Below, one piece after another: positions 13,394 through 26,628 of a DNA stretch of 64,000 bases. The notes under the pieces were generated by a model, which was given only the letters and a program-made list of their open reading frames with translations, was not told the DNA's origin and ran no database searches. Source of the DNA: Octopus sinensis (lineage: Eukaryota); NCBI RefSeq assembly GCF_006345805.1, contig NC_043002.1:96348001-96412000 (forward strand), in the 5' to 3' direction. How positions within the stretch are numbered: position 1 is the first letter of the stretch; each line of letters opens with the position of its first letter. A program made the translations under genes and the position numbers.

Positions 13394-16300
13394 TCAGCTC
13401 TCTGCATTTTTAGCCTCTCGTTCATAGGCTCTCTTCAGTTCTGCTTGTGTTTGCAACATTTTCAGATTTTGAATTTTCTTCTGTTCCTTATTTACATCAT
13501 TCAAAATGCCAGCCTTCATTTTCTGAAACCAGAATACAAGAAAAAAAAAAATTACATAGTTAAAATTTGACAATTATCAAATTGTTTCTTGAGCTAAAAA
13601 CATCACATTAATAATCTACCAATTACCCATTTTAAATCTTGTTAGCTGTTTTCCAATATGAATTACATGTTACAGATTTGAAGCTTTTGATAGTAGCCTG
13701 CCTCTATTTTGTAATGCAAATTATCTACTTTAATGTGCCTGTTTAATTTGAAATTTAGCATCATAGAACCACTTGTAGAGGCATATTCCAAACAATATTT
13801 AATATGATAACAATTATTTTACTAAATCCTTTTAAGTTGTCGATTTTCCAAAATTAATTGAAACAAGTAACAATGTGTTGCATTCAAAATGTGATTGCAA
13901 AAGAGTTAAGATTTCAGAACATAACTAACAGCTTAGAGTGTTCTTAATATAACTGTTTAACATAAGTCCACATTTGGAAATCAGCATACACTTAATACAA
14001 CTTTAGAAGAATGGTTTCATGGCCTTGCCCTTTTATCCTTTAGCATTCTCATCAAGTTAAATTGCTGAGACTCTATGATATATACCAAAGTAGTAGTGAT
14101 TAGTAACAGGAAGATGACCCTCACAAAAAAAAAAATTACAATTACTGACAATTCCAGGATTATTAATTTGCACAGAATCTGATTCTTCAGCCTCAGATTA
14201 TGCTTATGAATGTTATTCCTTATATCTTGAGAAGAGGTTGGATACAGACGAACATTCTAGTTTTTCACAAAAATTTGTTCTAGTTACATTATTGGGATAA
14301 TATCCCAAATGATACCAATTGGAACATTGCCCTCCCGCATTCCAACTAAAGGATAACCCTAAGTGCTCAACTTATGCTGCACAGGCTCATGTGCCAATAC
14401 GTACAGAAAAGGTGGATTAGGATAGCATTCAAACCAAGTACATAATGCTATACATTGCAGAAATTCATTGCCAAAAATTAGACCCAAAATTAGCCATCTC
14501 ATAGATGTTCGCCAATTACAGTCAATCAGAGAAATGCCAGTGCCTACAACTTCTCCAGGCTGCCAAAACTGTTGAGATAAAGATGGTTGATGTTCACTTT
14601 GAACATTTGTAATTATATATTGTAATTAGATATTTTTGCATTGTCAGTGTAAATATAAAGAACATGGATAGATAGGAAATTACAGAAGGATTTTAGTGAA
14701 GTGTTAAGTATAGAACCTGGGAAAAGGAAAGATGATACAGTAATAATATTCAATAATTTAGTTTAGAGGAAGAGCACTAGTGTCCATAATCATTGCAGAC
14801 CACCTCAGACTGGGTGAGTGCGATAACCAACCTGAACATTTACAGATCAATGCTTGCAGTAAAAATGTGTGCTAGGAGTAAACCAGAGATTAGATCTGAA
14901 TGTTTAGAACAGAGTGAAATCAACTAAGAGTACCTTAGGAACATGTGGTGTTATACATGTGTTGTCTATGACATGAGAAAGTAAAATATAAAATATGGTT
15001 CATTGATTTGTGTTTTATTTTTATATTTAACTAGCAGTATCGCCCGGCGTTGCTCGGGTTTGTAAGGGAAATAACTATATAAGCATTTTTAGAGAGTTAT
15101 AGCCAAAAAATAGCAAAAAATGCATTAAAAATGGAAAAAAAAATTATGGTAAATTTTTTTTTAAATCGTTGACTCATCGTAGACATTTTTAGAGAGTTAC
15201 TTCCCTTTTTTTAATAGCGAAAAAATGCATTAAAATGGAAAAAAATGATGGTAAATTTTTTTTTAAATCGTAGACTCATCGTAGACACGCGCTAATACCC
15301 AGAAGGGCTCGATATGAATCATGACTATAAGATACCCGCTTTTGGTTAAACTGCACTGCAAAATGTGGGAGTAGTTAGGAATCTAAATTGTAGGAAACAG
15401 ACACACAACCTCTCTTTTATATATAAGATGTTGAAGGAAACTATTTTGTAATGTGTCTGTTGACCAAGACAGTGCAGTTCTGGTGGAGGTGTCTAGGTTA
15501 AATGGTGGAATAATGCTTACAAATAAAAAGTTAAGAAGTAAGCACTGTTAAAAGTGACAGTAATCAGATCATTTATGCCGAGAAGAAAGCAAGAGTCTTA
15601 AATGAATCTTAGGGTATACTGGAGGTGACGGAATATGGGCTGAAGAAAATTTAGTCACCTTACACTGCATTTTAATATGAAGCTTCCAAGTCAAGAGATA
15701 TATTGAGTGTTGGCAAATTAGCTAGAAGTTTTATATAGAGTTGAAGATTGTATTGATATTAGGTGCATCAATATTGTTTTCACCAAATCTTTAGAGTGCA
15801 AGAAACCACATGTCATTCATATAGGAGAACAAGTCTCAGGTAGATATGGCTCAACTGAAAAGGAAAAGAGAGATTTAAGGTATCATCATTATCATCACTT
15901 AATGTCCCTTTCTCATGTTGGAAATTAAAACAATAGTTTGGTAATTTGAATGGCCATGAAGGTTTGCCATTTTAGGGGTGACTGGGCAGATTATAGCATG
16001 TTTCCAAAGATGGTGATGAATTCCTGAAGAGAAAGATTCAAGAGTTTAGCAAAGATAGTAGTTTATGCTGGACCATTATGTCAGGGTAAGCATCCAGCTG
16101 TAGAAACCATGCCAAAGCAGACACTGAAGCACGGTGCAGTTTTGGACTTGAGGGATCCTGTCAAACTGTCTAACACATACCACTATGGAACATGGATGCT
16201 AAATGATGGTGATGATGATGATGATGAATGGAAAAGACATTTTGAAGGACAGTTGTCTAGGAGCAAGTTTTAGTAGTTGATAACTCGCATGTATACTGTA

Positions 16301-18188
16301 ATAAAATTGCTGGGATAAAGATTTTCAGAAGTATGTGGAATTGGAAACAAAGTAGGAAGCACTGCCACAGCATATTTATGAGTGAACTAGGAAGAAACTT
16401 TAGAATTAATGATCTTCATTGTATGAAGGATGTAGAGTGATTTACATAGAATGATCATTTTGTTCAGCGACTTAATTGTCTTGATGTGTTGAAGATAAAC
16501 CACATTTGTGACCAGGAGAAATTAGAATAAAATTGACAGAGCTCCAACCAGTTGGTTGACTTGAAGTTTCAAAAAGTGCTAATTAACTACTACAGATTAA
16601 ATCCCTCTCCATGATGTATTGAATATAAATAATTACTTTTCTGACCTAAATAGCAACCCTGATCAACCACAGTAACAGTTATACTTGCTAAAGATTAGAG
16701 CAAACAATGAATAAAGAAAATATGAGGAAGTATTTCATGTACTCTAAGTTTAACTCTCACTACTGTAACCAGTTTTACTTAAGTTTGTTGTGTAGATTTA
16801 GCATCCTTGATAGCAGAACTAAATTAAGGTTTCTTTGCAACTGGTCCAAGTCAATTGACTGAGAGTTGTCTATAAAAGACCCTTAAATTCTTCTATTATG
16901 ATGCTAATAATCATAATCATTAAGAAAACTTGGATTATTAACAGTCTTTTCTCCACGAAAAAAAAATCTGAATATGATCAAAAGATAAGAAAGTACAAAT
17001 GTTTAAGTGAACCCTCATGAAGACTCGACGAAATCCGAAACTGCAATAAGGTTGATACTCGTACTGTTTTACTACAATTTGAGACATATTCCTCCGGTTT
17101 TGTTCCTCATCCACACAGCATGTTTTAAACATAAAAACATACTTTAGTATATCAAATTTTGTTTTAAAAAAACTTGTCATGACATGAGTGGTAGACTTAA
17201 TTCGTAGCTTAGTTTAACACCGCCACCTAACCCATGGGTGTCTTTAGTAGAGTCCACTTAGTAGAAAGCGTTCGAACCAGGTCTCTGGTCTGAGGATAAA
17301 TAACTCTTTTCTTCCCACCAGTCACAGAAGCCTTGAAAGAGTTTTGGATGCTGCCCCTTCTCCTCTTACTAAGCCATTAAACAAAAATAATAATATTTCT
17401 GCATTCATATTTTACCACGTGTTTGAAAGACGTTAAATAGAAAAGAGAAGAAAAAAGTGCTACTGCTTAGACGATAGGATGTCAAAGATCTAAAGACCAG
17501 TAAGTAATATAAATAATGAAAAGAGAGTGATTGTTATCTATAAACAATCTCGGTCAGCTCTGAAAAATCCAATGACACGAGATGGGGGTAGGTGTTACGT
17601 TACTATTCAAGAAACCATTGGTTCGGTATTACAGCCACTGTTGAGCATGCTACTTGAACAGACTTGGGACTTAAACAGTAGGGAAATGATCTATCTGGGG
17701 CAATTATTAAGTAAGTAGGGTGTGGTAGGAGTTCCCGTGTATTGTGAGCAAACAGAACCGAGTTAAATTGGAGGAAATATCTATCAGAACAACCTTAGTA
17801 TCTTCCGGTCATTTCTAAGACTGTAACTACAATAAGAATAATCAACATTTCTACCAATGTAGGAACACTATATAATTTTCACAGTTTCAATAATAATAAT
17901 AATAATAAATAAGTTACAGCACTTAAATGCCCTTCTATCAATTATGCTGAGAGGAATTGTAATACTGATAGAAGATAATTCGTGAGCACCTGCGAATATT
18001 GAGTACAGTTTCAACTTATTTTCTTCAAGGATTGGTATTATATTTAAGGAAGAGGAATGTAACGATATGAGAATATACAAAGATAATGTTACCTTTCTAT
18101 CCAAAATTTGTGAAAGATGTACATAAGTAACAATTGAGGCTGTGAATATCACTGATAAACCGATCGTAACCTTGGCTGTCGTAGACAT
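13394..18188 (-). CDS. PET117: PET117 cytochrome c oxidase assembly factor homolog; join(complement 18093-18188, 13394-13522), 74 aa
   Basis: Exon 1 MSTTAKVTIGLSVIFTASIVTYVHLSQILDRK with GTAAC donor; exon 2 after CAG acceptor KMKAGILNDVNKEQKKIQNLKMLQTQAELKRAYEREAKNAES*. Phase 0 join. The MSxxxKVxxGLSV...VH..Q...G...D..+Q.+K.+N...L..Q pattern matches the PET117 family. Confidence 0.88.
14150..14620 (+). mobile_element. Highly decayed LTR (Gypsy-like) pol fragment
   Basis: Weak resemblance to the protease-RT junction; frames broken. Low confidence. Confidence 0.3.
15031..15428 (-). mobile_element. Non-autonomous Helitron
   Basis: On - strand: A|TC start, CCCG-AGCAACGC-CGGG hairpin, CTAG|T end. 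Confidence 0.75.
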
Positions 18189-19786
18189 CAGGATTTGTAA
18201 ATATGCATTAAGAGTTATGCCCCTTAGGAAAAAAAATAATAAAGATTTCAATTTCAGAAATTCCAAAAATTCTTTGAATTGATTTCTGACTTTGCACAAG
18301 ACCACATTTTAGAATTGGGTATATACCATTAAATTGATCTAAATACTTGCTTCATACTTTATTTTATAGACTCCAGATTACTGGTATGCCATACACATTT
18401 TCCTTAAGTTTTCAGCTTTCATTGAAACTTGAGTAAATGTGACAGATTATTGGCACATCCACCCATCGACACACACACATATGGAGAGAATAGACAGTAA
18501 ACAGATACTGGACTACTCATTGTGACTTATTACACATACATATTTATGTACATATATTCACACACACACACATACGCACACACACACAAACATACATACA
18601 TACGTACATACATACATCTGTAAAGGGTTGTTATATTTAAACTGTTTAAGCTATGGGCTAAGAATACAAGGAGCGATTTTTTACGTGCACACACACACAC
18701 ACGAACGTACGAACATGCGTGCACGCACGCACACACACACATACATACATACATATTCTGGCAGTCGACCATAATGTAAATAAGTTTGTCCCTAGACACA
18801 TGTTTACATTTTAACCCATATTAATCCACTGTCCTCTTTTGAGCACAGTTGTATTTGGTTCATTTACTGCAATAAATAGTGCAAAATAATGCTTGTTGTA
18901 TATATTTAACCTTTAGCAGGGGGACCAAACTGATAGTTTGGCAACCCACTAAAATAAGCATTAAAAATCGAAAGGAGAAAATAAACAGCTTTCCAAGTTT
19001 GACTCTGCTTATTGAACAAGAGAGGTGCGAAATTTAAGAAGCGACTTGTTAGAATATACAAGTCTGTGAAGAGACAAAAACAAGAATAGCAAAAATCTAC
19101 TATACCAAATGAACTGGTAATACATGTATTATAAGTGTTATGTGAAGAGAACATAAGATTGCTGTATAATTCAATATGAATGTGAAATGACATTAAACAT
19201 CGTATAAGGTAAATGAAGGTTTCTGTGGGAACGTTAAAAGTCATATTCACTGAGTGAGTTTACATATGTGAGGATGAATTATAATATTGTTGTTGTTGAC
19301 ATTAAATGCAGTAAGAGCTGGTAGCAGCAATATCAGTAGTGATGAATTTCATTGTGTCATAATGTGGAGAAAGTGAACAAATAGCTTCCTGGTACAAACA
19401 CAAGCTAGACTACTTAAGCGGAGAAAAACTGATCTATTTAAGGAAACTGGTGGGTTCCAGCATGGATGTGAAAGATTTTTCCACCAAGAGAATACATGAT
19501 CCATTTGAGAATGGGGTAATTTGGTGGCAACAAAGACGATGGCTCTAGATTTTCAGGTCTAAAGTCTTCTAAGTCTTTATTCAGATTAAGAAATTGTGAT
19601 CCACACAAGTTTTTAAAAACGTGTGAAGTGTGATAATGTTTATACCTAAATAATGTTTTATTATATCAAGGTGCACTGGACTTTCACAGTGATGTACAAT
19701 TCGTGTGTTCTAAGCTAGAAGAATTCAGATGTTTGAAAAAAAGTACAATTGAATCAATCATTTTAGGGCTTTAATTTATTTTATAT

Positions 19787-19987
19787 ATATGTGTGTGACC
19801 GCGTGTGTACCGTTGGCGATTTTTTTCCCTCTGTCTTCCCTTCTCTGGATCTTTCCTTCTATGTTTCCGACGAAGAGCTCCGCTCGAAACGTTAGACCCT
19901 CCTTCTTTCCTGAGCGCCCAATAATACTATATTTGTTCCACGTTCTCGCGTTGTTGTGTTTTTTTGTGCTTTCTTGTTTGGATTAAC
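19787..19987 (+). mobile_element. Short interspersed element bounded by TA tracts, containing a decayed minimal hammerhead motif (19863-19897)
   Basis: GTTT-CCGACGA-A-GAGC-TCC-GCTC-GAAA-C-GTT-AGAC: stems I and II pair, but the core reads CCGACGA instead of CUGANGA. Confidence 0.55.
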
Positions 19988-21399
19988 TATATATATATAT
20001 ATACACACACACTAGCAATGCAATCCCAGCGTTGCAACCGATAGCCACATTGTATTATTTGTTTCTTTCTTACGGGCAGAATCGGCACACGAGTAGTGTG
20101 AAGCAAACAACTCTTCTTTATAAACATGTTTTTCAGACATTTTGTGATGAACAATGCTGAAATTGTTGGCACCAAAAACATGTAGAATGGCAGCTTAGAT
20201 TAGAAGGAAATCCTAATATTGCTCCCAGAATTACCTAGACTTACGGATTTAAAGAAATGGATGACGTATGAGGACGTAGAGATATCCATATTGCAGAAAG
20301 TAAGGTACATGGAAAGAAAGCTGCTTCTTTCTGAAAAGCACCATCTCTCTAATGTTTTGGCAGACTGCACACTTGAACATATGTTAAGTGAAACCGTCAA
20401 TGCTTCTGAGTAAACTATGTTTTGCGTAAGCCTAGTATTGATAGAATAAATATATAAGTCATTTGCACTGCTAACTCGAAAGCGTGCAATATATAGTTGT
20501 CCATGAGAAAAGCAGGGGGATCTTTCCCTTTTCAACGGCACTTTTCAACACAATTTCTAGTTAACTAAACACTTTTAAACTTCGTATACTGGTAGAATGT
20601 GTTTATAAAACATCATTTTTTCTTGGCTTTATTGAGAAAATTCTATATGTTGTAACATATTTCGTCTTTAATTTCGAGCATTTCGGCAATTTTAACCAAT
20701 CGGTGACCTCCATTTAGGTAAATAACATTCTGTGCATAATGAATGTGTCCCTCGTTTAAGAAACATTGGGTTTATTTACATTTGTGAAGAAAAAAAGATA
20801 CCCTTCCCTCACCCCTAACTCTAACCCTTTGTCTTTTTGTGCGTTATTTACTTTGTGTAAAAAAATGATTTATTTTGTGTTTTATTTACTTTGCTAGGTA
20901 GTCGTAGGATCGACTAGTCACGACTAGCTAGCGCGGATGAGGGAGTACGCGCACCGGGATCACTCTTCTTAAATAGTACCGAGGGTAGTTGGGTCTCAAG
21001 GGGGTGGTACAAACCTAGCAATAGGTTTTTTATAGTGAAAACAAAATTTCAATTCGAATGGAACGATTTCTGTTCGAGTCTAACCGTTTTAAGTCGTAGT
21101 GGAAACGCGACTTTGTCGCAGTTAGGCATATGAATATTGTATGAATTTTTTAACTGAAATATTTATTATATTTTGTACATACGTGTATATCGGCCTTTGG
21201 GCGCATTATTATATTTTGTACATACAAGTATATCGGCCTTCAGGTGCAATGCACCTGCGGGCAGGGTTTGCCCCACCCATGCCCTTTAATCTGACGGGTT
21301 TCGACGTCGTAGATAATCTGTAGGTGTGAATCAAAGAAGAGTTATCGTTCTTGAATCGTGACCCTTCATCGAATTCCCACTTTGGTAAAAATAAACACA

Positions 21400-21620
21400 T
21401 ATTAAGGAAAAGGGTAAAATCGATTTAATGGATCACCGCACTTAAATGGTATTTAAATTATCGATTGGCAGTCAGATCGGCAACGGGCGGAACAAGATAC
21501 CGCGTAACATTTAGTCCGGCGCTCTTTTAATTCTGTCACCCAGTCAAACTCGACAAATAAATTAGTTTTGAATATCAACTGAAATTAAGAATTGGTTTAA
21601 CACTTCCTTAAAGGTATCCT
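21400..21620. promoter_or_regulatory. Candidate bidirectional promoter between PET117 (-) and DFFA-like (+)
   Basis: Both first coding exons are preceded by acceptor-like sequence, so untranslated first exons lie in 18.2-26.4 kb. This segment does not match the SINEs seen elsewhere, is CpG-richer, and has TATCGAT (DRE-like), GGGCGG and a donor-like AAG/GTATCC at 21613/21614. Inference only. Confidence 0.35.
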
Positions 21621-22185
21621 GTTTAATTACTATTTTCTGTTTTCGTATTCATTTTAAACGAATTTTTTAGGACCAAATCAACTAGCAAATACCTTCAAGT
21701 TTCTATAAAGAAATACAAAATATAATTCACATCTAAAATGTGTCCAAGGAAACAAAATATTGGCGCTAGTTCAGTTTGATTAACACCAAACGATTTAATA
21801 TACAATGTTTAGTTTACATGCGGTAATAAAGTAGGCATTAATAACAGGAATTATATAAAGTAGGTGTTAATAATAGCACGAAAACAAACATCAATGCTTG
21901 TGTTAACAACTGGAAATACGTCAATGTTTGTTTCATCATATCCTGATTAAGAACGATATTTTTCGAATAGTTTGAGTGTTGACTAACTGCTGACACACTG
22001 TGGTTTCTCCTATGTTGCTTTAGCCTCATATTTTATTATATTTACATTTTCTATTCCACTTCATTCGAGTTAGAATGAGTCCAGTTTCTCATCTTGAACT
22101 TCACTGGTAAATTTTTTTTATTTCCATGTTAACTTAATTAATTGGATTTTCTGTTATCGTTACTGGATCTGTGAAAAAATCCTCT

Positions 22186-22584
22186 TTACTCTTTTACTTG
22201 TTTCAGTCATTTGACTGCGGCCATGCTGGAGCACCGCCTTTAGTCGAGCAAATCGACCCCGGGACTTATTCTTTGTAAGCCTAGTACTTATTCTATCGGT
22301 CTCTTTTGTCGAACCGCTAAGTAACGGGGACGTAAACACACCAGCATCGGTTGTCAAGCAACGCTAGGGGGACAAACACAGACACACGAACACACACACG
22401 CATATATATATACATATATACGACGGGTTTCTTTCAGTTTCCGTCTACCAAATCCACTCACAAGGCATTGGTCGGCCCGGGGCTATAGCAGAAGACACTT
22501 GCCCAAGGTGCCACGCAGTGGGACTGAACCCGGAACTATGTGGTTGGTGAGCAAGCTACTTACCACACAGCCACTCCTGCGCCT
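22186..22584 (-). mobile_element. tRNA-derived SINE, family A (GGAGTGGCTGTGTGGTAAG head; GAAACAAGTAAAAGAGTA tail)
   Basis: Full-length match to copies at 24884, 25333, 43354, 52283 and 52966; flanked by a ~37-bp duplication. Confidence 0.85.
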
Positions 22585-24883
22585 ATTATCGTTACTGGAT
22601 CTGTGAAAAGATCCTCGTTACTTTTTTTTTTTTTTGTCAAAATAGCGAAATTGTTTAGTAACAGGTAAACAAACTCCCAACGAAGGCCCGGGATTCAGTT
22701 TTGATTCTCAGTTGTAAATATAAATATTGTGTAACGTTGCTGATGAAGGGGGATGAAAACAAGTTTGGTTGCCCTTTATAATTTGCTAATGCGGGTCTTT
22801 AAGAAATCAAATTTACTCATGTTAATTCTTATTTTTGCTTTCATCCCAACTCCAATTTATGTTAGGTGACAGCAAAATTTAAAGTAAGTTTATTAAAAAC
22901 AAACCATGTAACAAAATTTAAAAGTTTTCCTCTCCTCTCTCACACATGCACGTTCTATCTAAAAAGAAAACAAAGAATCTATTCTGGGCCAACAGCAGGC
23001 ATTTATTACTTCTACTCGTAAAGTTTGGATTCAGCGCCATTCTTTTTGCTAGAAAAATTTCGATTCTCCGGCTTTGGGCTTCAAGCAGGCTATCCATATG
23101 CTAGAAATAACAGCAAAATCTCACAAAACTGCGATAACATACTGAAAGAAATATGTAATCAATCTACTCACCTTTCTGCAAAGATTTCTTTCAGAGTAAT
23201 TTCCCGCAGTAATTCACGTGAAATTAAAGTGTTTTTATTTTTAAAACTTTTTTCGAATTTTTTTCTATCAATCTAATACAGAGATTAGGAATATAGAAAA
23301 CTAGAATGGGGAGGGGGGGAGTGAAGTTTTGAAAATCTGATTTTTGAAATTTTTTTTCAGAATCGGATCCTTCATAACCAAAAACGTGGGATTCCGTAAA
23401 AAAAAAAAAAATCAATATATATCCATTTTCCCGAAAGTTATGACGGAAAAATCGGATCTTGTGAATATTCCGAAAGTCCTCACCCCATCCCCCGGGTTCG
23501 TTTGCGCAAATTGTTTTTGGCATTAGTTTTCTACACAGTTGTTAACACCCAGTATGGTGTTTTTTTTTGCTTTTGTTAACGGGTGAAGATCTTTATTATA
23601 TTAACCGACTTACAAATGTAACAGCTAACCTTTGGTTGATGTTTTGTACCCCGTTGTGTCTACCACTCCTATTGGTTGGTTTTGGCGCAATTTGTCTCTT
23701 ACTCTATCGCGTGCCAATATGCAACCCAACTAATTGCAGCCTTCAAATAAGTCACGTGAGACAGTCTTTCCCAAACAAGCCATAAAAGTTCACCTCCTAG
23801 TCTCCTTCTAAGGTCTAACCACTGACCACATTATAGCGACCTCCATCGTCATCACCACCATGATGTCTCTTACCAATGTCGTCAACATCTACACAGCACC
23901 AACACGCTGCATTGGTTCTAACATATCGCTGTTTGTGAGCTTCTTCTCACCAGGGTTAACAGCTAACATACGACCCATGCAGATGCATGTAGATATATGA
24001 ACCCTGGTTGAGAATTGCTGATCTAGATTTTTGGAAATATGCTACAATGCATTTCATTCTCATCAGAACTAATTCTTCTGACACCACTGATTTTCTGATT
24101 TACTGATTTTCACTTCCACCATTTCAAAGGTAATGGAATGGCGTTTGTTGGGTATGAATAAAGCTTTACCATTCATACAAAAGGCGTCATTTGTTTGTAA
24201 TTTTTTCTTGTGAAAGTATGTCCATGCTGATTGCTGTTTGACAGATGAGAGGAATTATCACCTTGCTTGGAAACAGGTTAGAGCTGGAATCAGGAAAGAC
24301 ATCCAACTAGAAAATTCTGCCTCAGTGAAGTCTTCTCTGACTCATGCAAACATGGAAAAAATAGACATTAAAATAAATAAAATGATATATATATATATAT
24401 ATATGATATCATCATCATCATATATCATTTCTCTCTGTCTTTTCTGGATGGGACGTCCAGCTAGCTGGATGTCATTTCTCTCACTTCTTGATATCTTTTT
24501 TCTCTTCTATTTATTCTATATCCTTTCAAAATTTCTTCCAGGCATTATCCATTACAATTTGTATTAGCCTAATGGCCCTATACGTCTGTCTTCGTCAATC
24601 ATTTCCATACATCTTCTCAGGTGTTGTTTGTTCATTTGAAGCCCTGACAGTCCACAAATTTTATACTTTTTAAATTTCTGGATGCTGCTGTCTTATGAAG
24701 TATTCCTATCTTGTCATTAAAAGCACGAAACAGGTAGTAATAAACAGTTGACAACTGAGGAGGAGTTAGACTTCTTTTGGTATTTTGTCTTGTACTTGTC
24801 TCTCTTGTTGTGTGTTTACATATTTTTCACTCATTGGTGATGCCCTGTACTTAATGTGTATTTTTGCATTTATATATATATAT

Positions 24884-25271
24884 ACTCTTACTCTTTACTT
24901 TTTTACTTGTTTCAGTCATTTGACTGCGGCCATGCTGGAGCACCGCCTTTAGTCGAGCAAATCGACCCCGGGACTTATTCTTTGTAAGCCCAGTACTTAT
25001 TCTATCGGTCTCTTTTTGCCGAACCGCTAAGTGACGGGGACGTTAACACACCAGCATCGGTTGTCAAGCAATGCTAGGGGGACAAACACAGACACACAAA
25101 CACACACACACATATATATATATACATATATACGACAGGCTTCTTTCAGTTTCTGTCTACCAAATCCACTCACAAGACATTGGTCGGCCCAGGGCTATAG
25201 TAGAAGACACTTGCCCAAGATGCCAAGCAGTGGGACTGAACCCGGAACCATGTGGTTGGTTAGCAAGCTAC

Positions 25272-25272
<1 letters not shown>
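24884..25272 (-). mobile_element. SINE family A, head slightly truncated
   Basis: Same sequence as the 22186 copy. Confidence 0.85.
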
Positions 25273-25329
<57 letters not shown>

Positions 25330-25332
25330 TAT

Positions 25333-25724
25333 AGGCGCAGAAGTGGTTGTGTGGTAAGTAGCTTGTTTACCAACCACATGATTCCGGGTTCAGTCCCACT
25401 GCGTGGCACCTTGGGCAAGTGTCTGCTACTATAGCCTCGGGCCGACCAAAGCCTTGTGAGTGGATTTGGTAGACGGAAACTGAAAGAAGCTTGTCGTGTA
25501 TATGTATATATATATATGTATGTGTTTGTGTGTCTGTGTTTGACCCCCTAGCATTGCTTGACAACCGATGCTGGTGTGTTTATGTCCCCGTAACTTAGCG
25601 GTTCGGCAAAAGAGACTGATAGAATAAGTACTAGGCTTACAAAGAATAAGTCCCAGGGTCGAGTTGCTCGATTAAAGGCGGTGCCCCAGCATGGCCGCAG
25701 TAAAATGACTGAAACAAGTAAAAA
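25333..25724 (+). mobile_element. SINE family A
   Basis: Same family, head-to-head with the 24884 copy across a (TA)n tract. Confidence 0.85.
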
Positions 25725-26422
25725 TATATATATATATATATGATGGATTCCCTTGTTATGAACAACAAACGAGGGTTCAGTCAGATGAAGCGGTAATCAT
25801 GTTCTATGGACATGAGTGTATCTCTTGAGGCCTGCTGGTGCCTTGCAAACCTTTTGGCAAATGGGACAAGTTGAGGACTCTGTTCGAGTGCTTGTGGATT
25901 ATTTACTGTGTGTTTTCTTAAGTGGATGGCAATATATATAGCTTCTTCATAGCACCTTCTGTCACCTTCCTCAGGCCAACCATAGCCTTAGGAGTGGATT
26001 TGTAAGGCAGAGACTAAAAGTTCATCATGTGTCTATGTGTATATGAGAGTTCTTGTGCCTCCTTGTCTGGGCTTCACTCAATAAGTATTCAAAAAACTGA
26101 TTTTGCTCTTTCACTGTATATTTCCACTTCTACAACTATTACCATTCTTCTAATAGGCATATACATATTTCTAGTAAATAACAGACTGACTTCAAATATA
26201 GTGATCTTCAGATATCTGAAGAAAAAACCTGAAGTAGGAAGCATTTAAAATATTATGAAATGATAATGTTATAGGACAAGTAAGATTTTAAAAAGAAATT
26301 GTTATAATAATATTCATCTTTGTTTATATTTTATGTTACAGTTCCTTGAAAATTTATGTAGTTTTGATGACCAAATTATATGAGGTGCTATGACTGGTAT
26401 TTTCTTAATATATTTCAACAGG

Positions 26423-26590
26423 ATGTCTAGATCAACACAATATAAAGTGTGGGATGCTAAACGGATTGTTCGCAAAGGTGTAGTTGCTAATGGCTTTACT
26501 GATTTAATCGAAAAAGGTTGGTTTGTTTCTCTTCAAATTATTTCCCTAGATTTCGAAGTTTACCTTACAAAATATATCAAAACTGCTTAA

Positions 26591-26628
<38 letters not shown>

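Noticed and set aside
17010-17053. Possible hammerhead relic (aaccct-CATGAAGA...GAAAC-TGCA-ATA-aggtt)
   Set aside because: The core is altered and stem II cannot be paired; too degenerate to call without a family consensus.
22730-22760. CTGATGAAGGGGATGAAAAC
   Set aside because: Core-like words are present but there is no stem II or stem I pairing; likely chance.
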